64,000 nucleotides of DNA from Fimbriimonadia bacterium (GTDB lineage Bacteria > Armatimonadota > Fimbriimonadia > Fimbriimonadales > JABRVX01): NCBI GenBank assembly GCA_041483895.1, contig JBGPGO010000010.1, forward strand, positions 103,069 to 167,068. The letters are read 5' to 3'. The notes beneath the pieces are model-generated. The model saw nothing but the letters and a program-made list of their open reading frames with translations. It was not told where the DNA came from and made no database searches. Both the position numbers and the translations under genes were made by a program. Positions 20,240-29,288 of this stretch are shown in pieces; positions within the stretch are counted from its first letter, which is position 1; every line of letters starts with the position of its first letter.

Positions 20240-21352
20240 CTATCGTGTCAGGATGTCCATCAATGCAGGATTGATGTAGAGTTTGTCTCTGCCAATCTTG
20301 ATCGACCGCAATAAACCAATTTTCTCCAGTTCTCTGAGATGCCAAGACGCCGCATCACGTTTGGCAATGCCTGCGGCCTCTACGGACGCTATCCGCGTGT
20401 AGGGTTGCGCGAAAACCAACTCAATCATCTCCTTCCGATAAGACCTCCCAAGATTAGCGTGGGAAAATTCAAACGCGCTGTTCAGCGTCTTGCGGATGGA
20501 TCGAATCATATTTCGCATATGGGTTGCGGAGCTTTCAATCCCTTCCAGCATATACACTATCCAATCTTCCCAAGCGCCTTCCTCTGTCACCCTCCGCAGG
20601 CCAGAATAGTATGCTGGCTTGTTTTCAATGATGAAACGACTCAGATATAGGACGGGCAATTCAAGCAGGTCCTGAGCGATCAGGTATAGCATATTGATAA
20701 CGCGCCCGGTCCTTCCGTTCCCGTCCGAAAACGGGTGGATCGCTTCGAACTGATAATGTGCGACTGCCAACTTAATGAGGGGATCGATGCCGTCTTCGGC
20801 GTATAGGAACTCCGATAGGTTGTCCAATAACTGACGAATTCGCTGAGGATCATCCGGCGGCGTATATATCGCCTTCTTAGTTCGGTCACTTGTGACCTGG
20901 CATCCGGGCAAATCGCGGATACCGAGATCCACTAGCTTGATAACTCGGACCAACTCGATGAAAAGAGATGCAGAGAGGAAGCGACCTTGGGATTTTAGGG
21001 CTTCGTATCCGTGCCACAATGCATGCCCGTAGCGAAGTACCTCTTTCGTATTGGGATCCAGGTTTCGCTCATCGGCGCTCACAGCTTGATAAAGCTTGTC
21101 GTTCGTCGTGACGATGTTCTCAATTTCTGAGGACAGTTTTGCCTCTTGCAGCACAATCGAGCGGAGGAGTACCGCCTGGTTTGGGATCAGGTCACCCATT
21201 CCCCGTAATTCAGCGAGGGACTTATTTGCTCCAATCGCGTGCTTGAGCGTTCGATTGGTCTCTACATCGATCTTCGGAGGGAGCTCGGGCAGATCATTGT
21301 ACGGAACGGTTGGAGCGTACCCCGCTGGCGGATATACGATGGTTTCAGTCAC
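20240..21352 (-). CDS. Fic-family protein (Fic_N + Fic + C-terminal HTH)
   Basis: HPFSDGNGRTGR catalytic motif; SSEIEN inhibitory motif in the N-terminal half; PYNDLPELPP start. Confidence 0.93.
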   Translation of the reverse strand: MTETIVYPPAGYAPTVPYNDLPELPPKIDVETNRTLKHAIGANKSLAELRGMGDLIPNQAVLLRSIVLQEAKLSSEIENIVTTNDKLYQAVSADERNLDPNTKEVLRYGHALWHGYEALKSQGRFLSASLFIELVRVIKLVDLGIRDLPGCQVTSDRTKKAIYTPPDDPQRIRQLLDNLSEFLYAEDGIDPLIKLAVAHYQFEAIHPFSDGNGRTGRVINMLYLIAQDLLELPVLYLSRFIIENKPAYYSGLRRVTEEGAWEDWIVYMLEGIESSATHMRNMIRSIRKTLNSAFEFSHANLGRSYRKEMIELVFAQPYTRIASVEAAGIAKRDAASWHLRELEKIGLLRSIKIGRDKLYINPALMDILTR

Positions 21353-21517
21353 AATGAGCTCAGTTTAGCAGAATATGCCGGGAATTCGCGGAAAAGTCGG
21401 CATATTATAACGATATGCCGAATCTATCGGCATTTCCGGAAATCGTGCCCGAAAGAGGGCCGGACTTCCGCACGTACCCAAGATAACTTAGGGATCGTAA
21501 TTAACGAACATGTCTTG

Positions 21518-21551
21518 AAGTCCCTCCACGACAATTGCCGTGGAGGGACTT
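21518..21551. terminator. 13-bp perfect hairpin
   Basis: AAGTCCCTCCACG-N8-CGTGGAGGGACTT, directly after the stop of a minus-strand gene remnant. Confidence 0.65.
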
Positions 21552-21558
21552 GATCACG

Positions 21559-21735
21559 CTAGACTCGGCTCAACTGCTTTTCCATCCGGACCAATTCTTT
21601 GCGAAGGAAATGGGTCATCACGATGTTGTAGAGCACGCCCCAGTGGTTTTGGCTCTTGCCAATGGCATCCGGCTTGCGACCCAGTTCTTCCGAGGTGGCC
21701 TGGGTCCTTTCCATAAGAACACCACCAAGCTCGTC
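21559..21735 (-). pseudogene. 3' remnant of an unidentified gene
   Basis: Minus frame reads DELGGVLMERTQATSEELGRKPDAIGKSQNHWGVLYNIVMTHFLRKELVRMEKQLSRV*, followed by a hairpin; its 5' side abuts the DinB 3' duplicate. Confidence 0.45.
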
Positions 21736-21736
21736 C

Positions 21737-21838
21737 CAGATCGTCCTCCTCCGCTACGCGGTCTCTGATTCCGATACACCACCGCCGACAACGGCATCCG
21801 ACATCCGCAACTGCTGCGCCGAACTTGCGTCGTGGTAG
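21737..21838 (+). pseudogene. Diverged duplicate of the last 33 codons of the DinB-family gene
   Basis: QIVLLRYAVSDSDTPPPTTASDIRNCCAELASW* versus QIAVLRYALSESTTKPPRAADDIRNCCAELASW* at 20111-20212; both 102 nt. Confidence 0.9.
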
Positions 21839-22010
21839 CTCGATGTGCCGAGGTCTAGGATGTCAATTCAGGTCCAGCAATCGATCGAGGTGAACCCGGC
21901 AGATCGGAATAGTTTCTGATTTGACCTACACCGAAATCCGCATAGTTGGATTGGCCCACTCTCCGTGCATGTTATTGAGCGGATCTTTCCATCACACAAC
22001 ATCATCTTGG

Positions 22011-22199
22011 TCAGAATGCGATCTCAAAATCCTCGCGGTTCTGCACGCAACAGGCACCGGCGGAAATGCAATCTGAACAGCCTTGTCGGGTACAAATGTT
22101 GCAATTAAGGATGTCGTATGGCAATAGTAGTTGCCGAGCGCAGTACGGGCAGAAATCCCCCGCTTCCAACTCTGGCTCATCGCAGATCAGATAATTCAT
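22011..22199 (-). CDS. 62-aa Cys-rich (Zn-binding-like) microprotein
   Basis: CPYC, CNIC, CSDC, CC; ATG overlaps the TGA of the upstream nuclease gene (ATGA). Confidence 0.55.
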   Translation of the reverse strand: MNYLICDEPELEAGDFCPYCARQLLLPYDILNCNICTRQGCSDCISAGACCVQNREDFEIAF

Positions 22200-23086
22200 T
22201 CTTCGACCTCCGCCCTGTTCTCTCGACGAAACTCGTCCAACGCGATTCGGATAACTGCCTGCAAGTGGGAAGACTGCTTGCGCCGATTATCCCGAGAAAG
22301 GAGCCAAGACAAGAAGTGATCCAGCAGATCTCGAAGCTCCAACACTTCGAGCACATCTTCGTCCTGTTCAAGTGAGAACCCTGATGGAATCGAAGGTCGA
22401 ATCAAGACTCTCTTTGTGCCAGGACATTTCCGCAGATCACGTCGAACCTTTTCAGGGCTCTCATCCACGGTTACCTGGTAAATCGCGTTTGCCGCGACGA
22501 AATCCATCCCACCGTCATTGGCATGGACCGTTGAGAAGCGCCGAAGTTCAAATCCAAATGTCCGGAAATACTCCCTGAGAAGAGCGAATGAGATGACCTC
22601 GAAATTCTCGCCCCTATTCCCTCCGATCAGTGACAGATAACCGTCCACAGCCCGATGTCGCTCCTGAATGCAGGCGGGCGGAAGGAGATCGAGTGCCTCA
22701 AGCTCTGCGATGAGCTTTTGTCGTTCTTCGTAGGCGGACTTGAGGGAGCCCTCTAGTTCGTCATGCAGAGTCTCAAGGCGCTCCACAGTGAGACCTTCAA
22801 GCAGGGGAGCCCTGAATCGGTACAGTTCGTCGGAGGATTCAAGGAACCCAGATGGACCGAGGCGGCGCTGAATGTAAGTTGGGTGAAAATCGCTACGAAG
22901 ATATTTTCGGCCCAAGGAATTGAAGCCTCGCTCGATCTCCTTGTATGATATGCCTTCGAAGTCACGAACAGCGACCTTGGCCTTGATCGTTGCTTGTAGC
23001 ACCGGGATAGCAACACCAAGAACCGTCCGTTGGCCAAAATGCTTCCTAAGAATTGCATCGAGCGACCGATTTTTTGATATGCTCAT
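22196..23086 (-). CDS. HaeII-like / PD-(D/E)xK restriction-type endonuclease
   Basis: GENFEVISFALL..RRFSTVHANDGGMDFV..IYQVT resembles the HaeII-family ANDGGIDF..FQVT signature. Confidence 0.65.
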   Translation of the reverse strand: MSISKNRSLDAILRKHFGQRTVLGVAIPVLQATIKAKVAVRDFEGISYKEIERGFNSLGRKYLRSDFHPTYIQRRLGPSGFLESSDELYRFRAPLLEGLTVERLETLHDELEGSLKSAYEERQKLIAELEALDLLPPACIQERHRAVDGYLSLIGGNRGENFEVISFALLREYFRTFGFELRRFSTVHANDGGMDFVAANAIYQVTVDESPEKVRRDLRKCPGTKRVLIRPSIPSGFSLEQDEDVLEVLELRDLLDHFLSWLLSRDNRRKQSSHLQAVIRIALDEFRRENRAEVEE

Positions 23087-23190
23087 GGACTATCAACGCG
23101 GAAGAAGCGATTCGCCGCACCAGAATATCAGATCGCGACGGCCAGGGTCTAGTGTCTCAACAGATCGTTTTCCGTTGAAATTGATAATGG

Positions 23191-25359
23191 CTAAACAACA
23201 TGCGCCATGTTCATCTGCTGCTGCTTGTCCACCAACCGGCTGTAGACCCCCGCGATCTTCATCAGCTCGTCGTGCGTCCCGATCTCCACAATCTCCCCGT
23301 CCTCCAGCACCACAATCCGGTCCGCATGCCGCAGCGTAGAAAGCCGGTGCGCAATCACAAACGTCGTCCGCCCGGCGATCAGCCGATTCAAGGCCTCTTG
23401 AATATCCGACTCCGTCTCGCTATCCACGCTGGATGTCGCCTCGTCCAGCACCAAGATCCGCGGGTTGCGCAGCAGCGCCCGCGCAATCGCAATCCGCTGC
23501 CTCTCTCCGCCCGATAGCTTCTGCCCCCGCTCGCCCACATAGCTGTCATACGCGTCCGGAAACTTCATGATAAAGTCGTGCGCGTTGGCCGCCTTCGCCG
23601 CGTTCATAATCTCCTCGTCCGTCGCGCGCGCCCGCCCGTACAAAATATTTTCGCGCAGGCTGGTGGGGAACAGGAACGAATCCTGTAGCACCAGCGCGGT
23701 CTGCCGCCGCAAATCGTCCAAATCGATCCGCTTCATGTCAACGCCGTCAATCAAAATTCGCCCCTCGTTCGGGTCATAGAACCGCGTCAGCAAATTCGTA
23801 AACGTCGTCTTGCCCGCTCCGGAAGTGCCGACCAGCCCGATCATCTCCCCCGCCTTCACCTCAAGGTTGATCCCCTTCAGCACCATTCGCAATTTGTCAT
23901 ATCCAAAGGTGACGTTCTCGAACCGCACATTGCCCTGAATGTCCGGCATCTGGACCACATCCCCGGAGTTCCGGATATCCGGCTGCGTATCGATGATCTC
24001 GAAGATGCGCTCAGCGGCCGACAGCGATCGCGTGGTCCAGTCGATCCACCGCGTAAGCTGCTGCAGCGGGCCATAGAACAGCGCCAGGTAGCCGAGAAAC
24101 GCCACCAACTCACCCAGCGTCATCTTGCCGTCCAGCACCTGCCGCCCCGCGACGACCCAAACGATGAGCGCGCTGGAGTGGACAAGGAACTGGATGACCG
24201 GGGAAAGGTTGGCCCACATCCAATCGGCCCGCGCCCCCGCATCTCGCAGTTCGGCGATGCGCCGGTCGAACCGGGCATCCTCTCTCGCTTCCCCGGCAAA
24301 CGCCTTCACCACGCGCATGCCGGAAAGCGTTCCGGAAAGCGCGCCGCTCAGCTTGGACCATCGATGCCAAAAATGCCGCCACACACGCCGTATGCGCTGG
24401 TGGCACATCCGCACGATGAGAAATATGAACGGCGCGGGCAACAGAGTGAGCAGCGCCACATGCCACTTCATGATCAGCAGCCCGGTCGCGATCGCGATAA
24501 TGAGCAACCCGTTTGCGAGCAGCGCGGGGATGGCGTCCACGTACAGGTCCAGCAGCGCGCCGGTATCCTGGGTGATGCGGCTCATGATGCTCCCGACCTG
24601 CCGCTTGTCGAAGAAGCTGATGCTCAGCTCCTGCAGGTGGTGGAACAGGGAAGAGCGCAGGTCGTAGACGGCGAAGTGACCGATTCGAGTTGACACCCGG
24701 GCGCGTACGATAGTGACCAGCATCGACACGATCCTGGCGCCGATCAGCAGCAGGATCAACGTCCAGAACAGTCCGACATTGGTCCCCGGCTTCAACACGT
24801 CATCGATAAGAATCTTCGTCAGATAGGGTGGTAGGGTCTCCAACGCCGCCGCCACAATCATCAGCGCGGCCGAACCAAGAACCGCTTTCTTGTACGGCTT
24901 CAGGTAGCCCAAAACCCGCATCAGCGTTTTGCCCCGGTGGACGCAGGCGTCGCACTTGTCGCTGTCTTCGGGCAGGGGCCGGCCGCACTTCTCGCACACG
25001 CGCGGGGTCTCGATCTCGATGAGCGCGCCGTCGCCGGACAGCAGCCCTTCCAGCTTCTTTTGCAGCGAGAATAGGGTGGTGGTGCAGCGATTGGACCCGC
25101 GCAGCAGCTCGATCTTGGTCCCGTTTCGGTGGACGATGAGGGCGCTGGAATCGACTAGTGGCTCGACTTCGGGGTCGGTTAGGTCGGCAAGGGGGACCTC
25201 CAGCCGCGCCTCGCCGTTCTCGGTGACGATGACGCTGCCGTTCGCGAGTTCAAGATGGGCCTCTCCAAAGGTACCGTCCGAGCGCAGGTCCGTGGTGACG
25301 ACCAGGCTCGGCTGGGTAGGGTCGGGCTCCTCTACTTCAAGGGGTTCTACTATTGGCAC
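23191..25359 (-). CDS. ABC exporter (TMD+NBD) with N-terminal extension and Zn ribbon
   Basis: GTSGAGKTT, LSGGERQR, LVLDEATS, IAHRLST; CEKC..CDAC before the TM domain. Confidence 0.93.
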   Translation of the reverse strand: MPIVEPLEVEEPDPTQPSLVVTTDLRSDGTFGEAHLELANGSVIVTENGEARLEVPLADLTDPEVEPLVDSSALIVHRNGTKIELLRGSNRCTTTLFSLQKKLEGLLSGDGALIEIETPRVCEKCGRPLPEDSDKCDACVHRGKTLMRVLGYLKPYKKAVLGSAALMIVAAALETLPPYLTKILIDDVLKPGTNVGLFWTLILLLIGARIVSMLVTIVRARVSTRIGHFAVYDLRSSLFHHLQELSISFFDKRQVGSIMSRITQDTGALLDLYVDAIPALLANGLLIIAIATGLLIMKWHVALLTLLPAPFIFLIVRMCHQRIRRVWRHFWHRWSKLSGALSGTLSGMRVVKAFAGEAREDARFDRRIAELRDAGARADWMWANLSPVIQFLVHSSALIVWVVAGRQVLDGKMTLGELVAFLGYLALFYGPLQQLTRWIDWTTRSLSAAERIFEIIDTQPDIRNSGDVVQMPDIQGNVRFENVTFGYDKLRMVLKGINLEVKAGEMIGLVGTSGAGKTTFTNLLTRFYDPNEGRILIDGVDMKRIDLDDLRRQTALVLQDSFLFPTSLRENILYGRARATDEEIMNAAKAANAHDFIMKFPDAYDSYVGERGQKLSGGERQRIAIARALLRNPRILVLDEATSSVDSETESDIQEALNRLIAGRTTFVIAHRLSTLRHADRIVVLEDGEIVEIGTHDELMKIAGVYSRLVDKQQQMNMAHVV

Positions 25360-25550
25360 TTATCCTATTCTACTGCATGTTTCGTTTGTCGCTTCGGTGG
25401 TAGGACGATTGGCTCCTCGGCAGCCGCTAGCCGCTCAGTGACTACTTCCAAAAGGGCTCTCCGCAGATTGGTGTAATTCGGCTTGCCGTACGGAGGCAAT
25501 TGTGGTAAAGTGAATATAGCACTTTATCGTGCGACGGGATGAGAGGTTGA

Positions 25551-26948
25551 ATGATGAACAGCCGAACATGTTTGGCGGTAAGGTCATGGACTCCTTTGTT
25601 AGCGACTGTGGCCATTTTTGGCTTTGCGACAAACCGGATTAACGCGCAAATACCATTAACGTTTCAAATATCAGTATCGTCAAGCGGTCAAGAGGGAAAT
25701 GATGATAGCCGCTCACAAGATCTACTTGGCTCGCCGATCAGTGCGGACGGGCACCTTGTAGCATTTGCAAGTGTTGCCAGCAATCTGGTACCCGGCGACA
25801 CGAACGGAACATGGGACGTTTTTGTTCGGGACTGGTCGAAGGGTACCACAGAAAGAGTATCGGTGTCCTCCTCCGGCCAGCAGGGGAATGGCGCTAGCGG
25901 TTATCGCGGAGGGTTATCCATCAGGGCGGACGGACGATTCGTCGCGTTCGCAAGTGCTGCCGATAACCTTGTTCCCGGCGATGCGAACATAAGGGTAGAC
26001 GTTTTCGTCCGCGACCGGTTGCTTGGTACCACGGAGCTAGTTTCAGTGTCCTCGCTTGGACATCAGGGGAACGGCATAAGCGCCTACCCATCCATGAGCG
26101 CTGACGGTCGATTCGTGGCTTTTGCCAGTTTAGCCACCAATTTAGTTCCAAACTCCGGGCCCTTCACCTATAATGTTTTCGTTCACGACCGACTGACGCA
26201 GACTACTGAGCTAGTTTCCGTATCTACGGACGGAGTGTCGGGGAACGGCCTAAGCGCCTACCTATGCATTAGTGCAGACGGCCGATTTGTGGCATTTGCC
26301 AGCTTAGCTGACAACCTAATCTCTGGGGACACCAATATCGCCTACGATGTCTTCGTTCGTGACCGGTTGGTGGGAAGCACGGAGTTAGCATCTGTCTCCT
26401 CATCTGGTTTGCATGGCAATGGCGATAGCGGTCATTTCGGGCTATCCATCAGTGCGGACGGTCGCTTTGTGGCTTTCACAAGTTCTGCAACCAACTTCAT
26501 TGCCGGCGACGCGAACCTTTCGGCAGACGTATTCGTTCGCGACCGGCTCGCTGGAACTACAGAGCTAGCTTCGGTTTCCTCAACCGGCGAGCAGGGGAAC
26601 TTGAACGGCTATTGGCCGTCCATCAGTGCCGACGGTCGCTTCGTGGCCTTTATGGGCGATTCCACAAACCTGGTTCCCGGAGACACCAACGGGTCCTTGG
26701 ACGGATTCGTTCGGGATCGGCTCAAAGGACGAACGGAGCGCGTCTCGGTTTCTTCAGTAGGCGTGCAAGGAAACTCAGATACCGTGCAGACAGCCATCAG
26801 CGCGGACGGGAGCTACGCCACGTTTTGGGGATCGGCCTCCAACCTTGTCCCGGGCGACACGAACGGGCGATATGATGTCTTCATTCGAGCCACGTCGCGC
26901 GGTCACGTCATGCCTGTGGCAGGTCCACAGCCCAAGCATGGAGGCTGA
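25551..26948 (+). CDS. Secreted TolB-like (PD40) repeat beta-propeller protein
   Basis: About seven repeats of ISADGRFVAF.S.A.NLVPGDTN...DVFVRD...GTTE.VSVSS.G.QGN. Confidence 0.88.
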   Translation: MMNSRTCLAVRSWTPLLATVAIFGFATNRINAQIPLTFQISVSSSGQEGNDDSRSQDLLGSPISADGHLVAFASVASNLVPGDTNGTWDVFVRDWSKGTTERVSVSSSGQQGNGASGYRGGLSIRADGRFVAFASAADNLVPGDANIRVDVFVRDRLLGTTELVSVSSLGHQGNGISAYPSMSADGRFVAFASLATNLVPNSGPFTYNVFVHDRLTQTTELVSVSTDGVSGNGLSAYLCISADGRFVAFASLADNLISGDTNIAYDVFVRDRLVGSTELASVSSSGLHGNGDSGHFGLSISADGRFVAFTSSATNFIAGDANLSADVFVRDRLAGTTELASVSSTGEQGNLNGYWPSISADGRFVAFMGDSTNLVPGDTNGSLDGFVRDRLKGRTERVSVSSVGVQGNSDTVQTAISADGSYATFWGSASNLVPGDTNGRYDVFIRATSRGHVMPVAGPQPKHGG

Positions 26949-26956
26949 TCAAGCGA

Positions 26957-27280
26957 CTATAGGATTGTGCTCAGCTCCTCATCGGTGCAGGCCCAGCGGG
27001 TCATCTTAATGCGGCCGTCGATGACCTCGACGCCTTCCTTGCGCAGCAGATGCTCCTGGTCGTGCGCAAGGGCGGGGCTGCGTTTGTAGATGGGCAACTG
27101 GCCGGATTTAGCCACCACTCGCCACCAGGGGATCCGAGTCGGACAGGAAGCCATCAGCCGACCCACCATCCGGCCCGTCAGCGGCGGCGTGAGAAACGCC
27201 CCGATCTGCCCGTAGCTGACTACCTTTCCTCTTGGCAATTTCTTCACCGCCGCATACAGCCGCTCGGCATGTGGGTTCAT
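26957..27280 (-). CDS. MGMT-family alkyltransferase-like protein
   Basis: LPRGKVVSYGQIG, RMVG, IPWWRVV (Trp in place of the catalytic Cys, as in ATL proteins). Confidence 0.88.
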   Translation of the reverse strand: MNPHAERLYAAVKKLPRGKVVSYGQIGAFLTPPLTGRMVGRLMASCPTRIPWWRVVAKSGQLPIYKRSPALAHDQEHLLRKEGVEVIDGRIKMTRWACTDEELSTIL

Positions 27281-28224
27281 GGTCCTTCGAGCGGCAGCCC
27301 GAGGTCCCGCATCTTGCCAACCAACTCTTCCGCCTGACCCGCATCGAGGTCCATCAAAGGCAGCCGCATGTGCCCGCCCGGTAGGCCGCGCGCCTTCAAA
27401 ACCGCCTTGGCCCCCGCCGGCACTGGATAGGCGCGCAACACCGCGTTCATCTCGTTCAGCCGCTCTTGCGCAACCCTGGAGGGCTCTGTTCCATCAGAGC
27501 CGCGCGCACCAGGCTCCGACGGAGCGGAGCCCTCCATCGGAGCGGAGCCCTCCATGTCGAACAGCCGAACCACATTGACCGCCAATTCCGGATAGGCGTT
27601 GGAGGCGCCGCTCACGGTCCCCCCACCGCCGCTCCGCAAGCACTCCAGCAGCAGCGGCTCGGCCCCCACCATCACCATTTTGCCGGGCATTGCATCCAAC
27701 AGTTGCCCCAAGAATTCGCGGCTCCCCGAGCTATCCTTAATCCCGCCCAAATTCGGATGCCCCGCAAGCGCCCGCACCGTCTCGATCTCGATCGGAGTGT
27801 CCGTGATCTGCGGGATGTTGTAGAGCAAAATGGGAATCTTGGCCGCGTCAAGCACCTTCTCATAATAGCGGCGCACCCCCTCTTGCGGCGGGTTCTTAAA
27901 GTAATACGGCGGCATGCAGAGGGCTGCGGCACATCCCTCCCCCGCGGCGTGGCGGTTGAGCTGATTGGTCTCCCCCAGGTTGGACGACCCGGTCCCGGCG
28001 ATAATCCGCAGCTTCCCCCGATGGGTCATCGCCAAAGAGAAAAGCTGTTTGCGCTCTTCCAGCGTGAGCGACGCCGCCTCGCCGTTCGTCCCTGAGACGA
28101 CGATCCCCGCGCAGCCCATGCTCTCGTGCCAGGCCAGCAGGCGGACAAATGCCAGCTCGTCGATGGAGCCGTCCTCTTTGAACGGCGTGACCATAGCGGG
28201 GAAGACCCCTCGAAGCAAACTCAC
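27277..28224 (-). CDS. dapA: Dihydrodipicolinate synthase (DapA) family protein with in-frame insert
   Basis: AMVTPF, GTNGE, PPYY, LYNIP, GIKDSS. Confidence 0.8.
   Translation of the reverse strand: MSLLRGVFPAMVTPFKEDGSIDELAFVRLLAWHESMGCAGIVVSGTNGEAASLTLEERKQLFSLAMTHRGKLRIIAGTGSSNLGETNQLNRHAAGEGCAAALCMPPYYFKNPPQEGVRRYYEKVLDAAKIPILLYNIPQITDTPIEIETVRALAGHPNLGGIKDSSGSREFLGQLLDAMPGKMVMVGAEPLLLECLRSGGGGTVSGASNAYPELAVNVVRLFDMEGSAPMEGSAPSEPGARGSDGTEPSRVAQERLNEMNAVLRAYPVPAGAKAVLKARGLPGGHMRLPLMDLDAGQAEELVGKMRDLGLPLEGP
27477..27554. repeat. 78-nt palindromic insert inside the dapA-like gene
   Basis: TGGAGGGCTCTGTTCCATCAGAGCC / GGCTCCGACGGAGCGGAGCCCTCCA imperfect IR plus a tandem half copy; encodes MEGSAPMEGSAPSEPGARGSDGTEPS. 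Confidence 0.85.
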
Positions 28225-28231
28225 CGAAGAA

Positions 28232-28269
28232 CCCCCACCCTAGCCCTCCCCCGCAAGCGGGGGAGGGGA
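28232..28269. repeat. REP-like palindrome family A (inverted copy)
   Basis: CCCCCACCCTAGCCCTCCCCCGCAAGCGGGGGAGGGG between prs and dapA. Confidence 0.85.
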
Positions 28270-28277
28270 TTCCGCTA

Positions 28278-29288
28278 TCAACTCCATCGATCGAACAGGC
28301 TGCTCACCGACTGGTCCAAATGAACGCGCCGAATCGCCTCAGCCAACAGCGGCGCCGACTCCCGAACCACGATCTTATCGAACCGCTTATGACGCTCGAT
28401 CGGGATGGTATCCATGCAGACAACCGAAGAGATTGCCTCGGATTCATCCAGTCGCTGGGCGGCGTCGCCGGAGAAAACCCCATGCGTGCAGCACGCCAGC
28501 ACGTCCACCGCGCCGCGTTGCCGCAAGGTCATCGCCCCCTGGATAATCGAGCCGCCGGTATCGATCATGTCGTCCATCATGATGCAGATCTTGCCGTTAA
28601 CCTCGCCGACGATCTCCATCACCTCGACCTTATTCGGTTCCGGCCGCCGTTTCGCGATAATCGCAATCGGCTTCCCAAGCTGCTCCGCCAATCGCCGAGC
28701 CCGCGGCACCCCCGCCACGTCCGGGGAAACCACAACGACATCCGCTGCGCTCAGACCCTCCCGGATCAGATAGTCTCCAATCATCGGTCCGGCATACAGG
28801 TGATCGACCGGCATGTCGAAGAAACCCTGTATCTGGTCCGCGTGAAGGTCGCAGCAGATGATTCGATGGGCCCCGGCCGCGGTGATCAGGTCCGCAATGA
28901 GCCGAGCGGTAACCGGCTCACGGGGCTTGATCTTTTTATCCTGGCGCGCATAGCCATAGTACGGCATGACAACGGTGATTCGCCGGGCGGATGCCCTGCG
29001 AAACGCATCCAGCATGATTAAAATCTCCATCACGTTGTCGTTGACCGGCGCACAGGTCGGCTGAACGATAAAAACGTCGTCGCCGCGCGTGCTCTCATCG
29101 ATCTGCACCCGGATCTCGCCGTCCGAAAACCGCGTGCAGGTCATGCGGCCAAGCCGAACACCCAACGTGAGCGCGATGCGTTCCGCCAATTCCGGGTTTG
29201 CGTTCCCCGTAAAAAGCTTGAGCCCGTCCAAGCTCGGCGCATCCATCTGCACCGCAGCTATCGCTTGTCCTACGACCGATTCCGCCAT
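28278..29288 (-). CDS. prs: Ribose-phosphate pyrophosphokinase
   Basis: FSDGE, PYYGYARQD, DLHADQIQGFFD, VSPDVAG, DDMIDTGGS. Confidence 0.97.
   Translation of the reverse strand: MAESVVGQAIAAVQMDAPSLDGLKLFTGNANPELAERIALTLGVRLGRMTCTRFSDGEIRVQIDESTRGDDVFIVQPTCAPVNDNVMEILIMLDAFRRASARRITVVMPYYGYARQDKKIKPREPVTARLIADLITAAGAHRIICCDLHADQIQGFFDMPVDHLYAGPMIGDYLIREGLSAADVVVVSPDVAGVPRARRLAEQLGKPIAIIAKRRPEPNKVEVMEIVGEVNGKICIMMDDMIDTGGSIIQGAMTLRQRGAVDVLACCTHGVFSGDAAQRLDESEAISSVVCMDTIPIERHKRFDKIVVRESAPLLAEAIRRVHLDQSVSSLFDRWS

Noticed and set aside
20111..21838. Diversity-generating retroelement TR/VR pair
   Set aside because: Differences between the copies are not adenine-specific and no reverse transcriptase is in the window
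12748..23190. Prophage, ICE or integron explaining the accessory genes
   Set aside because: No integrase, transposase, phage structural gene or attC-like site recognised
25551..26948. Internal DNA repeats as a mobile or repeat element
   Set aside because: Explained by protein-level beta-propeller repeats
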